Below, one piece after another: positions 39,820-51,920 of a stretch of 64,000 nt of DNA (positions within the stretch are counted from its first letter, which is position 1; the number at the start of each line of letters is the position of its first letter). The DNA comes from Callorhinchus milii (Eukaryota): positions 23,748,001 through 23,812,000 of the forward strand of contig NW_024704742.1 of assembly GCF_018977255.1 (NCBI RefSeq), given 5' to 3'. The notes beneath the pieces are model-generated. The model searched no databases, was not told the origin of the DNA, and worked only from the letters and a program-made list of their open reading frames with translations. The position numbers and the translations under genes were made by a program.

Positions 39820-40400
39820 GCGGGGCAGGAGCAGGGGGAGGCAGGAGCAGGGGGAGGGAGGGCAGGAGCAGGGGGAGGGCAGGGGGAGGGAGGGAGGGCA
39901 GGAGCAGGGGAGGGCAGGAGCAGGGGAGGGCAGGGGGAGGGCAGGAGCAGGGGAGGGCAGGGGAGGGAGGGAGGGCAGGAGCAGGGGGAGGCAGGAGCAG
40001 GGGGAGGGCAGGGCAGGGCAGGGGGAGGGAGGGCAGGAGCAGGGGAGGGCAGGGGGAGGGAGGGCAGGAGCAGGGGAGGGCAGGGGAGGGAGGGCAGAGC
40101 AGGGAGGGCAGGGCGAGGGCAGGGCAGGAGCAGGGCAGGGAGGGCGGGGGCAGGGGGAGGGGGCAGGGGGAGGGGAGGGCAGGAGCAGGGGGAGGGCAGG
40201 GGGAGGGAGGGCAGGAGCAGGAGGAGGGCAGGGGGAGGGGAGGGCAGGAGGAGGGAGGGCAGGAGCAGGGGGAGGGCAGGAGCAGGAGGAGGGCAGGAGC
40301 AGGGGGAGGGAGGGCAGGAGCAGGGGGAGGGCAGGGGGGCAGGGGGGCAGGGAGGGGGGAAGGCAGGGCAGGGAGGGCAGGAGCAGGGCAGGGGGGCAGG
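39820..40400 (+). repeat. G-rich minisatellite (gggcaggagcaggggga variants)
   Basis: Seen directly; it contains no T. Confidence 0.95.
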
Positions 40401-40552
40401 GCGGGCAGTGTGTGCGCAACCACAGCCCAATCACTGCGGCCGCCCGGTGAACCCTGGCCAGCGGGGGCCGGGCCGACGGTAACAGCTCCGCTCTCTGCGG
40501 AGAAACCGCACGTCTCTTCTGCGGACGCAAGAGCCTGAGCAGCACTCACTGA

Positions 40553-40585
<33 letters not shown>

Positions 40586-40743
40586 GGAGACAGTCAGTGT
40601 CTCAGTCAGTCAGTCACTGTCTCCTCACTCACTCACTCAGTCACTCTCTGTCTGTCTGTCTGACCCTTATTACTCCCTCACCATTTGTTACCTCAACAGG
40701 AGGAGGTCTCTCTTACCTCTCCAGCAACGACTTCCCTGATTGA

Positions 40744-41080
<337 letters not shown>

Positions 41081-41124
41081 GTGCTCCCAGGAAACTCAAC
41101 TCAGCTGAACATAAAGGTGGCAGT

Positions 41125-41300
41125 AATAATAATAATAATAATCCTCGCATTCGATATCGCGCTTTTCACGTCGGGAGGACGTCCCAAAGCGCTTCACAGA
41201 ACACACTGTAAAGTGAATGGACTGTATATTTGTGGGCGGACGCGGCAGCCAATTGCGCACAGCAGTGTCCCACGAACAGTCGTGGATCGAAAATGACCAT
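41125..41300 (-). mobile_element. SINE 3' half (L2-A-type hairpin)
   Basis: Near-identical to the 3' half of 35936-36258, with CpGs retained. Confidence 0.8.
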
Positions 41301-42339
41301 TTTTTATTGTTGTTTTTGGCAATCAAAAAGAAAGGAGCATTCAGGGGCGTGATGCCCACCCCAACCCTCAGCCACCACCCCCTTCTGTGTGTCGTGACTC
41401 ACGAGTTGCAACAAGTCCATTTCCCACTTTTAAGCCCAATTGTGGAGAACCAGAGATCTTTACAGCACACTTAAAAAGGCCATTCTTTGCCCTCTTTTAT
41501 TTCCCCCCCCCCCACACACACACATACACACACAAAAAGAACTAAGGACTCAACTCAGCTGATAGTTTGCAGGTATTAAGATAGCAATGTGTCTTTATTA
41601 TTTACTTTATAGAAACTGTGGCATTTAAAGGGTATGGCCATAAAGAGCGCCATCTGCCCTTTCTTAAAAAAAACTAACATGATCTCAAATGTGTAATAAC
41701 AAAAACAATAATGATCCTTGCGTACGATATAGCGCCTTATCATTTCTTCGAGATGTCTCAAAGTGATTCCCGGGCAGGGCAAAACGTTGGACAAGTTTCC
41801 TTACTTGCAAGCGATTACTATGAATATAATCCTAATACGATAATTATAACTATATTATAATTATAATGGAGATTAGTTTTGCAGGTATGAAATTAGTAAT
41901 GCATAGTTATTATTTACTTGCTAGAAATTGTGGTGTTTAAATAATATGGCTATAAAGTGCGCTATTTTCCCTTTTCAAAAATAACCTATTATGATCTCAA
42001 CTGTGCGTAATAATAATAAAAATAATTATTATTCTTGCAATTCATATATCACATCTTTGAGACGTCTCAAAGCACTTCACAGAATATACTATAAAGTGAA
42101 TTGACTGTAAATTTTGTGGGCGAAATGTAGCAGCCAATGCCGGGAATCAAACCGAGGTTCTCTACAGGACTTCTCATGTGTGTGTATGTGTGTGGGGGGA
42201 GGAAGGGATTACTGAAAAACAATTTTTTGCTTAACAATATTTTCCACTTTCCATCTCCAGAGAATCCACTCCTCGAGTCCTTAAATTTTAAGGCAACTTG
42301 GTGCAATGGGGTAAGACTGGGTGGAATTTCAGGAACAGA

Positions 42340-43376
42340 ATGCATTCTCTTGTTCTTTCCTGGGGGAATAAAAGAGGCAAAGAATGGCCTTTTAATGTGC
42401 TGTAAAAGGGGGGGAAATGGGTCCCTATCGTAGCCCTGATCCTCATGGCCACCTTTGTGTGTAGCTGCCTGAGGCTATGCCTGGAGCCCCGCTACGGTAC
42501 GTGCCGGGTTTCTACCTGTACCCAATGTTAAGAAGGGTGGGTCTGGCAGAACTGCCTCAAAACGTTCTACACAGTTGGAGTTCCAGTTGGAGAACACAGT
42601 TCCACACCCCTGATCCTATGTTGAGAAATTTCTGACGAACACCATCCCAGACCCCCGCGCAATATCACCGAGTGGGTCCGCACAACAGGTAGTCAAAACA
42701 GTTCAAAAGGTGGAGCAGGCAGACCCGATCAGGAGGTGCCCTGCGGCGACAGCCAGTTACGTCTGGCAAAATGCCTCGTCACCGGCCTTGACCAACAACC
42801 ATCAGGACATGGCAATAAAAGGGCCCCCTTCCTCTCAGGGCTTTCTTGCACTGTTGAGGTCTGGGCCAGTCAGCACGTTGCCCTCGGGCCAGTTGCAGAG
42901 GCCAGGAGACCGTGGGCCACCTCTTCCTGGAGTGTTTGACAAAGGCGATTTGGAAAAAGATGGAATGGATTCTCTCGCGGTTTGTCCCTGGGGACCTGCT
43001 GTCACGGCATTCGGTGCTGTACGGCCTGTTCCCGGGCACTCACAGCGAAACCCACATCGAGTGTACCTGGAGGATCATAAACTCAGTAAAGGAGGCCCTT
43101 GGCACCTTATCAGTGTGCCTTATCGGGGTGTATGCGGGTGCGCACATGGATGTAGTGTATACACGGGGCCGACTCTCGACTGTTTTAATGGGATCGTCCC
43201 AAAAAGCGTATGCACAACCTATGTGTAGTGAAGGAATGTACCACAAACAACTGAATTTTTTTTTGTCTCAGGAGAAAAGGAAAAAAAATTGTAACAGAAG
43301 ATGTTGTGTTTGTTTTGGATTTCTGTTGTACCAAATATTCTATTTATAAATAAATACATATTTTCAACAAAAAAAA
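42340..43376 (+). mobile_element. Tx1/L1-clade non-LTR retrotransposon, 3' fragment
   Basis: CPRASCRGQETVGHLFLEC zinc knuckle, VLYGLFPGTH...WRIINSVKEAL, AATAAA and poly-A end. Confidence 0.85.
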
Positions 43377-43519
43377 GCAATGCAGTGATGGCCAAACTAA
43401 GCCTCGCAGGCCAACTCCAATCTGTAGGAATGTCCAGAAGGCGTCTAGTTAATCAATCATGTTCAACAACACCACAACAACAAAATACTTTTGCCTGTTT
43501 GACACTGCCAGTGCTGGAA

Positions 43520-43905
43520 TTGTCCAGCGCCTTGGGAGGTCCTCCCAACGTGAAAGGCACTATACAAATGTAATTTTGTTGTTGTGTTGTTGAAAAAAAA
43601 TGTTGAGTGTTTCAGACCCAAGCTGGGGGCTGAGATCGGGGAGGGTGGAGGGCAGGGGGATAAAGTTGGGTGACCGAAGGCACGGTCGAAGAGGAGGGTC
43701 TTGAGATGGATCTTGAAGGAAGCGAGGGAGGGGGCGAGACAGAGGGACTGCAGGAGAGAGTTTCAGCGGATGGGGGCAGAGCCCCCCTGCCAATGGTGGG
43801 TTGAGCGGAGTGAGTGGGCAGTTTGGTAGGAGGTTAGGAAGTCGCAAAGTTAGTGGGGAGCAAGGCCATGGAGGGCTTTGAAGGTGAGGACCAGGATCTT
43901 GACAA
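43520..43905. mobile_element. L2-A tail (+, about 43520-43590) abutting an L2-A fragment (-, about 43605-43905)
   Basis: 3' hairpin and tail on plus, then ORF2-end sequence on minus. Confidence 0.75.
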
Positions 43906-44171
43906 GGATCTTGAAATTACCAATGTTCAATCGGTAGTGTGTTTCCAGGTTTTTCTTGGTTTGATTTATGGCATAAATCAAGAAAGACTATTTTGGCTCT
44001 GGAAATGGATGTCACGATGACACCCAAAAGAAGTTAAAAATGGAGTTAAATGCTCAGACTGTTATCTGGGGAAATCGTCTAATGACTACGTAGTGTCTCT
44101 TGTCCATAAAAAATCTTCTCTCTCACCAGGCTAACAAGGTGAGATAGATTACTAGACACAAAGCAAGTAGT

Positions 44172-44408
44172 TTATAATAATAATAATAATTCTTGCATTT
44201 GATATAGCACTTTTCACGTCTTCTAGACGTCTCAAAGTACTTCACAGAATATACTGTAAAGTGAATTGACTGTATATTTGTGGGTGACATGCAGCAGCCA
44301 ATTGTGCACTGCAGTGTCCCACAGGCAGTTGTGGATTGAAATGATCAATTTTATTATTGGTTTTTTTTCTGAGGGATAATAATCAGGCGTGTGGAGTAAG
44401 GAAACTTA
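44172..44408 (-). mobile_element. Family B SINE lacking its head
   Basis: Body and tail match 7005-7320 on minus. Confidence 0.8.
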
Positions 44409-44625
44409 CTTACTAACTTAGTTTACTGAAAGCAGTTGTTTACTCAGTTACAGACTATGTGCTAATGCTGTAGATCATTTCAACCTCATGAGCTGCCTCT
44501 GGCGGTGTCCGACAGGCAACAATGTCTCCAGGGACATTAGCCAGGTGGCAGGAAATCTGGCCACTCAGTAGACATTCCCAATGCATCAGCAAGGTACACA
44601 GCTCACATGTTTACACATGTTTGTG

Positions 44626-45570
44626 GAATACTGTAGCTTAGTGGTTACAGCACTCACTTCTCAAGCAGGAGGGCCTGGACTCGATTCCCGGACAGGGTGA
44701 AACTTTGGGCAAGTTTCCTTACTCCACACGTCTCTGTTTACTTACTCCAGATTACTCCAGTAATTACTCCAGCAGTCGAGCATGGTTTCAGCACACTTAT
44801 TGTTTTGTATTCAAGTAGCCAAGACCATTAGAATAAAGGCAAAATACTTTGGTTTCATACAGAATTACTCCAGTAATTACTCCGATTACTCCAGTCCTTG
44901 CCAAATTCCACTGGCTCCCTGTCACAAAGTGGATCGACTTCAAGATCCTCACTCTAGTGTTTAAATTCCTTCATTCCTTGGAACCCCTATCTCTCCAATC
45001 TCCTCTCTTCACACAGCAGTACCCGCTGCCTCTGCTCTACTGAATCTGGTCTCCTCCGTGTCCCTCGAATCCACCGCTCCACCATCGGCGGCCGTGCCTT
45101 CAGCCACTACGCCCCGAAGCTTTGGAACTCCCTCCCTCAATCGCTTCGCCTTGCCCCCTCCTTCCCCATCTTCAGGTCATGCCTGAAGACCTTCCTCTTC
45201 GACCGTGCTTACGATCACCTTCCCCTTCCCCCTGGCTCGGCCTTGGGCTCCATCATTGTTAAGCTCTCTGAGATGCCGACCGGCGTGAAGGGCGCTATAT
45301 AAGTGCAAGTTGTTGTTGTTGTAGGAACCCGGTTGTTAGTCGATTGATGGATCGCTTTTCTGGGGGTAATAATTCCTTCAAAATAAATAAAAAATAATTT
45401 GGTCACTCAATCCACAACTGGATTGCGGGACGTTGCTTTGTGCAATTGGCTGCTGGGTTACGTCAACAAAATATACAGTCAATTCACTTTACAGTATATC
45501 CTGTGAAGCGCTTTGAGACATTTCGAAGATGTGAAAAGGTGCTATATCAAATGCAAGGATTATTATTACT
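44626..45570 (+). mobile_element. Family B SINE (long variant) split by an L2-B insertion; parts at about 44626-44740 and 45321-45570
   Basis: The two halves join to match the intact copy at 60588-60950. Confidence 0.85.
44885..45320 (+). mobile_element. L2-B 3' fragment inserted into a tRNA-SINE
   Basis: ITPVLAKFHWLPVTKWIDFKIL with (TTG)n tail. The SINE sequence resumes at 45321. Confidence 0.85.
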
Positions 45571-45959
45571 ATTTCTCTGCTGCCATTGGTGTTGTGGATT
45601 ACAGCCCACAATTTAAACAAGGAAAAAAATCTACAGCACTCGCATCTTAACGGTACTACATAGCAGTTTGAAGTTGAAGCATTTCTGCAGTCCTCCACGG
45701 TATAAACACAGCCTAACTTTATTATTGATTTCCAGATTATAATCCATTTTCTTAACCACTTGAGATAGGGTAACACCCCGTCTGCCTATATAACATTTAG
45801 TTCATTTAATCAAATATATTTTCTAAAGTGCTGCAAGGCATTAATTTTACATTAAAAAATAATAACTTGCTTTTATAGAGTGGATTCTATAAAAGCAAGC
45901 TTTTTTTATATAGTTACACCATTGCTGGAACAAACCTCAACAATACATGGAGCCAGCAT

Positions 45960-46578
45960 ACAATACAAAATTACATTTGTAAAGTGTCTTTCACGTCGGG
46001 AGGTGCTGAACAGTCAGGGATTGGGATCCGAGTGGGGGCAAGGGGGTGGGGTTAGGATCAGGGAGGATGGAGGGCGGGCACGATGGTGGTGGTGGTGGTG
46101 GGAGTGTTGAGGGCGGGTTGGGTGGTGGTGAGATGGTGACCGAAGGCACGGTTGAAGAGGAGGGTTTTGAGGCGTGCCTTGAAGGAGGCAAGGGAGGGAG
46201 CAAGGCAAAGGGAATGTGGGAGTTCCAGAGAGTGGGGGCAGAGAGACTGAAGGCCTGACAGCCGATGGTGGGGTGGGCACGGTGGGGGACATGGGGCAGC
46301 CCGGAGCCTGCTGAGTGGAGGGAGCAGACAGGTCGATAAGGGGTTAGCAAGTCGGAGGGGGCAAGGCCATCGAGAGCCTTGAAGGTGAGGACGAGAATTT
46401 TTGAACTCGATCCTCTGAGAGATGGGGAGCCAGTGGAGCCGAGTGAGGGTGGGTGTGATGGGATCACAGAGCCTGGGGCGGGAGAGGACATGAGCTGCAG
46501 AGTTCTGGATGATCCGCAGCTTGTGGAGGGAAGAGTTGGGAAGGCTGACAAGCAGGGCGTTGGCACACTCGAGCCTGG
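45960..46578 (-). mobile_element. L2-A 3' fragment
   Basis: RLECANALLVSLP...LHWLPISQRIEFK. Tail near 45960. Confidence 0.85.
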
Positions 46579-46812
46579 TTTCAGCAGACTCATTGTTTTG
46601 CATTCAAGTAGCCAAGACCATTTGAATAACGGCAAAATACTTTGGTTTCATACAGAATTACTCACAGGCACCCCATTTCTCTTTTCCAACTATTGATACC
46701 AGGTTCTGTGAATGTGTAGGGGAAGAAAAGACTACAATATGAAGAGAGAGTAACAAACGTGAACCCAAACAATGAAAATTACGATCAGATCCTTTCACTG
46801 CTGACTTTTCAC

Positions 46813-47142
46813 CTGGAACTAGTTTGAACGTCTCCTCTGTCCAATTGCCTAGAGCTTTCTAAAGAAGCCAATACACTGTTGTGTAATTCCGCCCTTTTTT
46901 TTTAAACTGCTCCAAAGTCCATTGCCATGGTAATAGATGGGCCACTTTCAATCCAGGCTAAAGCCAAATAAAATACAGTAAAAGCAGCTTTCCATCTCCA
47001 CTCCTTTGTATTTTTTCTTCAATTTTCTTCAGTTCACTCCGGAAGACACTAACTTTTTTTTGTTGTGGTTTCTTTGGTGCCTGGAGCCCCAGGAAACCTT
47101 GCTCAAATGGCTGTTCTCGATGTTTTAGCTGAGGCAATGGTG
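46813..47142 (-). pseudogene. Candidate exon (PLPQLKHREQPFEQGFLGLQAPKKPQQKKVSVFRSELKKIEEKIQ...), stop at 46958
   Basis: Acceptor cttcttataactttaccag| and 60 open codons. Protein-like sequence continues past the TAG, and across an A9 run with a frameshift, to a possible donor at 46813. Confidence 0.3.
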
Positions 47143-47194
47143 CTGGTAAAGTTATAAGAAGACATTACAGCCAAACTCAACACAATCTTCAGTC

Positions 47195-47915
47195 TTCCCC
47201 ATGTCGAGACTTGGAATCAAATAGTCTAAGCTGATTGTCGGGTGAGACGTTAAATTGAGGTCCTTCAGATGAGACATTAAACCAAGATCCTGTCTGCCTG
47301 CTCAGATGGACATTAAAGATCCCGCAGCGCTATTCGAAAAGAGAAGGGAGTTTCTCCTGATGTCCTGACATCCCCCTAAATAAAATTAGTCACTCACTCT
47401 GCAGCTGTTTCTGGGACATATCGGTATGCAAACTGGTTGCTGTGTTTCAACCACAAAACACACAGTCTCTCCACTTTACAGTATAAAAGCGCTTTGAGAC
47501 GTCTCGATGATATAATAAGGTGCTATATCAAATGAAAGGATTATTATATTCGGTTGCCTCTGCAAAAAGTTATATCAGCATAGCAGGCAAGGCGCTCACA
47601 GGCTTGTGCTAATGTATGACTTGAGCCAGATGGGAGGAGTTGCACACGTGTGACTTGGTGACTTAAAGATCTCATGGCACAACTCGAAAAGAGAAGGGAG
47701 TTTCTCCCGGCATCCTGGCCAACAAATCCCCCCCAAATAAAATTGGTTAGACACTCCATGGCTGATTGTGGAACATTGCTGTGGGCAAATTCGCTGCCAC
47801 GTTTGCCCATAAAATAAAACAGTCAAACCACTTTGCAGTGTATCCTGTGAAGAGTTTTGAGACGTCTTGACAACGTGATAAGGTGCTATATCAAATACCA
47901 GGATTATTATTAGTA
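47195..47915 (+). mobile_element. Two tandem Deu-domain SINE fragments (about 47195-47547 and 47660-47915)
   Basis: Two Deu cores, each with a 3' hairpin and (TAT)n tail. Confidence 0.75.
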
Positions 47916-47924
47916 GTAGTATTC

Positions 47925-48498
47925 AACAACAACAACAACAACAATTTGGATTTATATAGCGCCCTCCACGCCGGATGGCATCTCAAAGCCCTTCACAGTA
48001 ACGGATCCCAGGACCGAGCCAGGGGGAGGGGGAGGAAGGTGATCAAAGACCCGGTCGAAAAGAAAGGTCTTCAGCAGAGACCTGAAAATAGGAAGGGAGG
48101 GAGCGAGGTGAAGGGAGTGAGGAAGGGAGTTCCAGAGCCTCGGGGCATAGTGGCTGAAGGCACGGCCTCCGATGGGAGAGCGGAGAATTCGGGGGACAAG
48201 GAGGAGGCCAGACCCGAAGAACGAAGGCAACGGGTACTGTTTTGAGGAGAGAGAAGGTCAGAGAGGTAGGGGTGTGCAGAGGAGTGCAGGGACTTGAATA
48301 CAAGGGTGAGGATCTTGAAGTCGATCCTCTCTGGGATAGGCAGCCAGTGCAGTCTGGCAAGGACTGGGGTGATCGGGGAGCGGAGTTTCGTGTGGGTGAG
48401 AATGCGGGCGGCAGAGTTTTGAATGATTTGGATTTTATGGATGGTGGTGGATGGGAGACCGACGAGGAGGGCATTAAAGTAGTCTGGCCGAGAGGTTA
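47925..48498 (-). mobile_element. L2-B 3' fragment
   Basis: [17 protein letters not shown]...LKTFLFD, (CAA)n tail. Confidence 0.85.
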
Positions 48499-48735
48499 CT
48501 GACTTATGGTCACTGGGGCAAAAGCACTTCTTGCTCCCTAGACCAGCTGAAGGGTAGGATCATGCTGACAATAATTGCAGGAAGCCCAATTGCCATGCCA
48601 ATTGGGATCATTATGATCAACACTGACCAGGAGTCAAATCTTTCAATCTATGTGTCACCAAGGGAGTTTACAAAAAAAATAACATTTGAAGTGCTTGCCA
48701 AGCATGCAGTTGTGTGTGAGAAGTCACCAGCATAC

Positions 48736-49012
48736 GTTTCAGGTTTGCCTTCTTCATGAATCTCCATTTATGTATTACTTTCAATCTTGGCACTTTTGTA
48801 CTGCTGGTTACTATTGCGTGTGGCAAAGTGTCTGAAAATACCATGCTGTGGTCTAAACTGCTGTTTTTTCTTTCAGTGCTTTTTTTCCTAGTATGTCTAA
48901 CCCTTTCCAAGGGAGTTATTGTCTCCCTTGGAAGATCTGTGTGTGGTTGGTTGGACGTCTTTACAAGTGTTGCAAGGATCGGGTATGAGTAATTGTTCAC
49001 AAAGTGCCAAGC
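48736..49012 (-). pseudogene. Candidate exon (92 open codons, AWHFVNNYSYPILATLVKTSNQPH...KKANLK) of an unidentified, possibly decayed gene
   Basis: Acceptor atttcacttag|, donor AAC|gtatgc, same frame as ORF 48668-49000. Phase 1 exit fits the 47142 acceptor. Confidence 0.3.
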
Positions 49013-49294
49013 CTAAGTGAAATCGTTTATGGTATTGTGAAATACCAAAGCTGTTTGAATTCACTCACACATCTGATCTGTAGAGCTATAAAGCCGTAAA
49101 TATCTAACTGAAACTGCTCGTTAACTTAAAATACCTTTTGGAGGCCAAGTTAGCAAGGTTAAGAGATATTAATGAATGACATTGGAACTTGTGTTTATTA
49201 AGTTCGTCTGTGGTGGTGGTTTAAAAATCATGAGATCTGCTACAAGTGGGAACATGATTTTATTTGCTACCTTGTTCCTATTCCATTATCCTAC

Positions 49295-49715
49295 CCCCAT
49301 CACCCCAGGCTCCACTGGCTCCCTAGACAGAATGGATTGATTTCAAGATCCTCACACTCTTTTACAAATTATTTCATGCCATGGCACCTCCCTACTTCTC
49401 CGACCTGCTTACTCCTCACTCCACTTACCCACCACCTCTGCTTGATGGCTCTGGCCTCCTGCATATCCCTTGTCCCCACCACTCCACCATTGGCGGATGT
49501 GCTTTCAGCCACTAGGCCCTGAAACTATTGAATTTTCTTCCTCAGTGTGTCTCGTCTCCTCCTTCCCCATCTTCAGATCGCACCTGAAGACCATTTTCTT
49601 CGACTGTGCCTCTGGGCACCTCCTCCCTGTCCCCAGCTCAGTGTCAGGCTCCGCCATTGTTAAACGCTCCAAGTCGCTACCCCACGTGGAGGTTGCTATA
49701 TAAATGCTGTTGTGT
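49295..49715 (+). mobile_element. L2-B 3' fragment
   Basis: Degenerate LHWLP...FKIL...FRSHLKTIFFD with tail. Confidence 0.75.
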
Positions 49716-50030
49716 TATAATAAACATTCATTGGGCCAACTTTGTAGATGTAAACAACAAGCTTTTGGGGGTCACAGTGTTTCTTTTTTCAAAGTGTTGG
49801 CTGCTGACTTTATGACATATTCCATGTAAGTATTCCAACTTCATTACAGAGCTGTCCAGTTGTGAGGGAACTAAAACCTTCCACCGAATTGTATGCATTC
49901 CCATTAAAGGTGTGTTGTGGGACATTTCCTGTACACTTTGCCACTTTATAAGCACACAAAATGCTTTGCTCTCAAATACTGAAAGATTAAAAGGTACGAC
50001 TCTTTATTTCCACTTTGCCTAAAACATTAT

Positions 50031-50269
50031 GGGCAGAAATTCCACCCGGATGGTGATTTACTCTATTGGTGTAACATTTCACAACATCCAGAATTTAACA
50101 AATTCTTAAACAGAGCCTTACCTTTGAAGTTGTTTTTCTGTAGGTTTCTTTTAAGAACTTCAGAAAACCGGCTTCAAATTTAAGATGGAATTCAATAATT
50201 TGCTACGTTTTGGACACTCGGAAATGCTACAAAAATAAAGTAAATCTAGACACTGGTGAAATTTCTCCC
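50031..50269. mobile_element. Palindromic (foldback) MITE-like element
   Basis: The left half aligns to the reverse complement of the right half over the full length. GGG...CCC termini. Confidence 0.7.
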
Positions 50270-51704
50270 TCTTATTTTTTTAAAAAAGTCCTTGAATTCT
50301 TTCAATCCATCTACCTATTATCTAGATGTTTTCAATAAATCTGTCGTGATGACATTTCCTCTGTTCTGTCATATTGTGAGTCAGTTTAGGAGTTCAGTTG
50401 ATACTTAGTGTCCTCCTCCCAACCACAATGGTATTTTTAAAGAGGACAACTGCTACAGGCTCTCAGGATACTAGTTTCTAGAAAGAAAAAAACCTGCTGG
50501 ACTGCAGTCCAAAGCTGCAAGTTGTGAATCAGTAGTTCAGTCTCACAAATCCGATTTCATGAATAACACCATTGAGAATGGCATAGAGGACTCCATTCTC
50601 TTGTACATCCAGGGTCATTAAAATAAATATCAAATATACCAAAGAATTAACATTGCATGATATTAGACCCACATGCATGCTCCTGCATGATTCAATTGTT
50701 GGTGCATTTCCTTATTTGGATAAACAGCACTGTAATCATCCACCTGACAGAAAATTGTTTGTATGAACATAAATTCTACTTATGAACAGCCAGAAACTCT
50801 GACTCAGGCAAATGTTTGTATGTTAGTTTAATTTCCATCATGCCACACCAATCACCTCATGTTAAACTGGGTTTAACAAGTTGCCAAGTCACAAACTCTA
50901 CCAATTAAATCCATTATTAGGTACAGATTGTTTCTAATTTAAAATAAAGCCCACTGTAGAATCTGAGCTGAGTTAAACATTGGGTGGAAACCATGCCTGT
51001 GCAAACTGCGTGGAAAAAAATATTCTTCTTTCAAACGTGAATTGTAAAGCACCAAATAGTGAATATGATGAGGTAAGATGTATGCAGTCCAGATCACAGA
51101 TTTATAGTTTATCAGTTTGTTTCACGAGGCCATTGAGCTGCCAATAAATTTCAATCCTGAATGAGAGAAGTATTTTGCAGTTCATGTGGTGAGGTTTATG
51201 AGTAACAGAACTGAACAAACACCGCGCTAATTTACAAAACTGGCATCTTTGTGTGATTTTTCACTGCTCTTCAGCTGTTATTTTTGCACAGTTATGTAAC
51301 AAATGTTGCTGGCTTTTTTATACAGGTTACTACAAAACGGAAGGTGACCTGATAACCACACCGTTTTCACAGAGATTTGGTCCTCATTAGTTTGGATTTT
51401 GGGAAGCAGTATCTAAAATAAATTATTCTTATCAATTTTGAATATGAAGAATCACATTAAGTTTCTTCCTTTGGCATCACATTTAACTACAACTAATGCA
51501 AACTATATTTCTTGCACAAGGTAGATTTTACAATTGTTCAGTAGATGATGATCACGTTTTTGTTTCAGTCTTCTCTTCCTCAATGGTATCACACTCTAGT
51601 GACTAATCCTCATGCTTGAGCCTTGTAATGGTGGACCTTCTATTTGAACCACTGTCGTCTCTGTGGTAGAGATGCTCCCACAATGTTGTTGGATGGGGAC
51701 TGAG

Positions 51705-51920
51705 CAACAACAACAAATTGCATTTGTATAGCGCCCTTCACATCGGAAGGATGTCCCAGGGTGCTGGACAATCAGGGGTTTTGGACTCGAGCTGGGAGCT
51801 GAGGTCAGAAGGGGAGGAGGGCAGGGGGTGGGAAGGCAGGCGAAGGCATGATCAAAGAGGAATGTCTACAGATGAAACTTGAAAGAGGCAAGAGAGGGGG
51901 TAAGGCAGAGGGATTGCGAT
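51705..51920 (-). mobile_element. L2-A 3' end nested in an older LINE-like remnant (about 51590-52200)
   Basis: (CAA)n tail and hairpin on minus. The flanks resemble an old shark non-LTR element; that assignment is weak. Confidence 0.65.

Larger units (their letters stand above)
39640..40550. promoter_or_regulatory. CpG-rich SH3D19 promoter region
   Basis: CpG-dense patches at 39640-39830 and 40400-40545 in otherwise CpG-poor DNA. GC boxes near 39818 and 40399, CCAAT near 40427, directly 5' of coding exon 1. Confidence 0.75.

Noticed and set aside
44130..44138. 9-nt plus-strand microexon (ag|GCTAACAAG|gtgaga)
   Set aside because: No plus-strand host gene is identifiable in the window, and such matches arise by chance.
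46921..46934. RFX X-box-like palindrome ATTGCCATGGTAAT
   Set aside because: Deviates from GTT...AAC at both ends and has no CpG-island context.
50122..50226. Apparent 105-nt minus-strand exon with good splice sites
   Set aside because: Stops in all three frames, and it lies within the palindromic MITE-like element.
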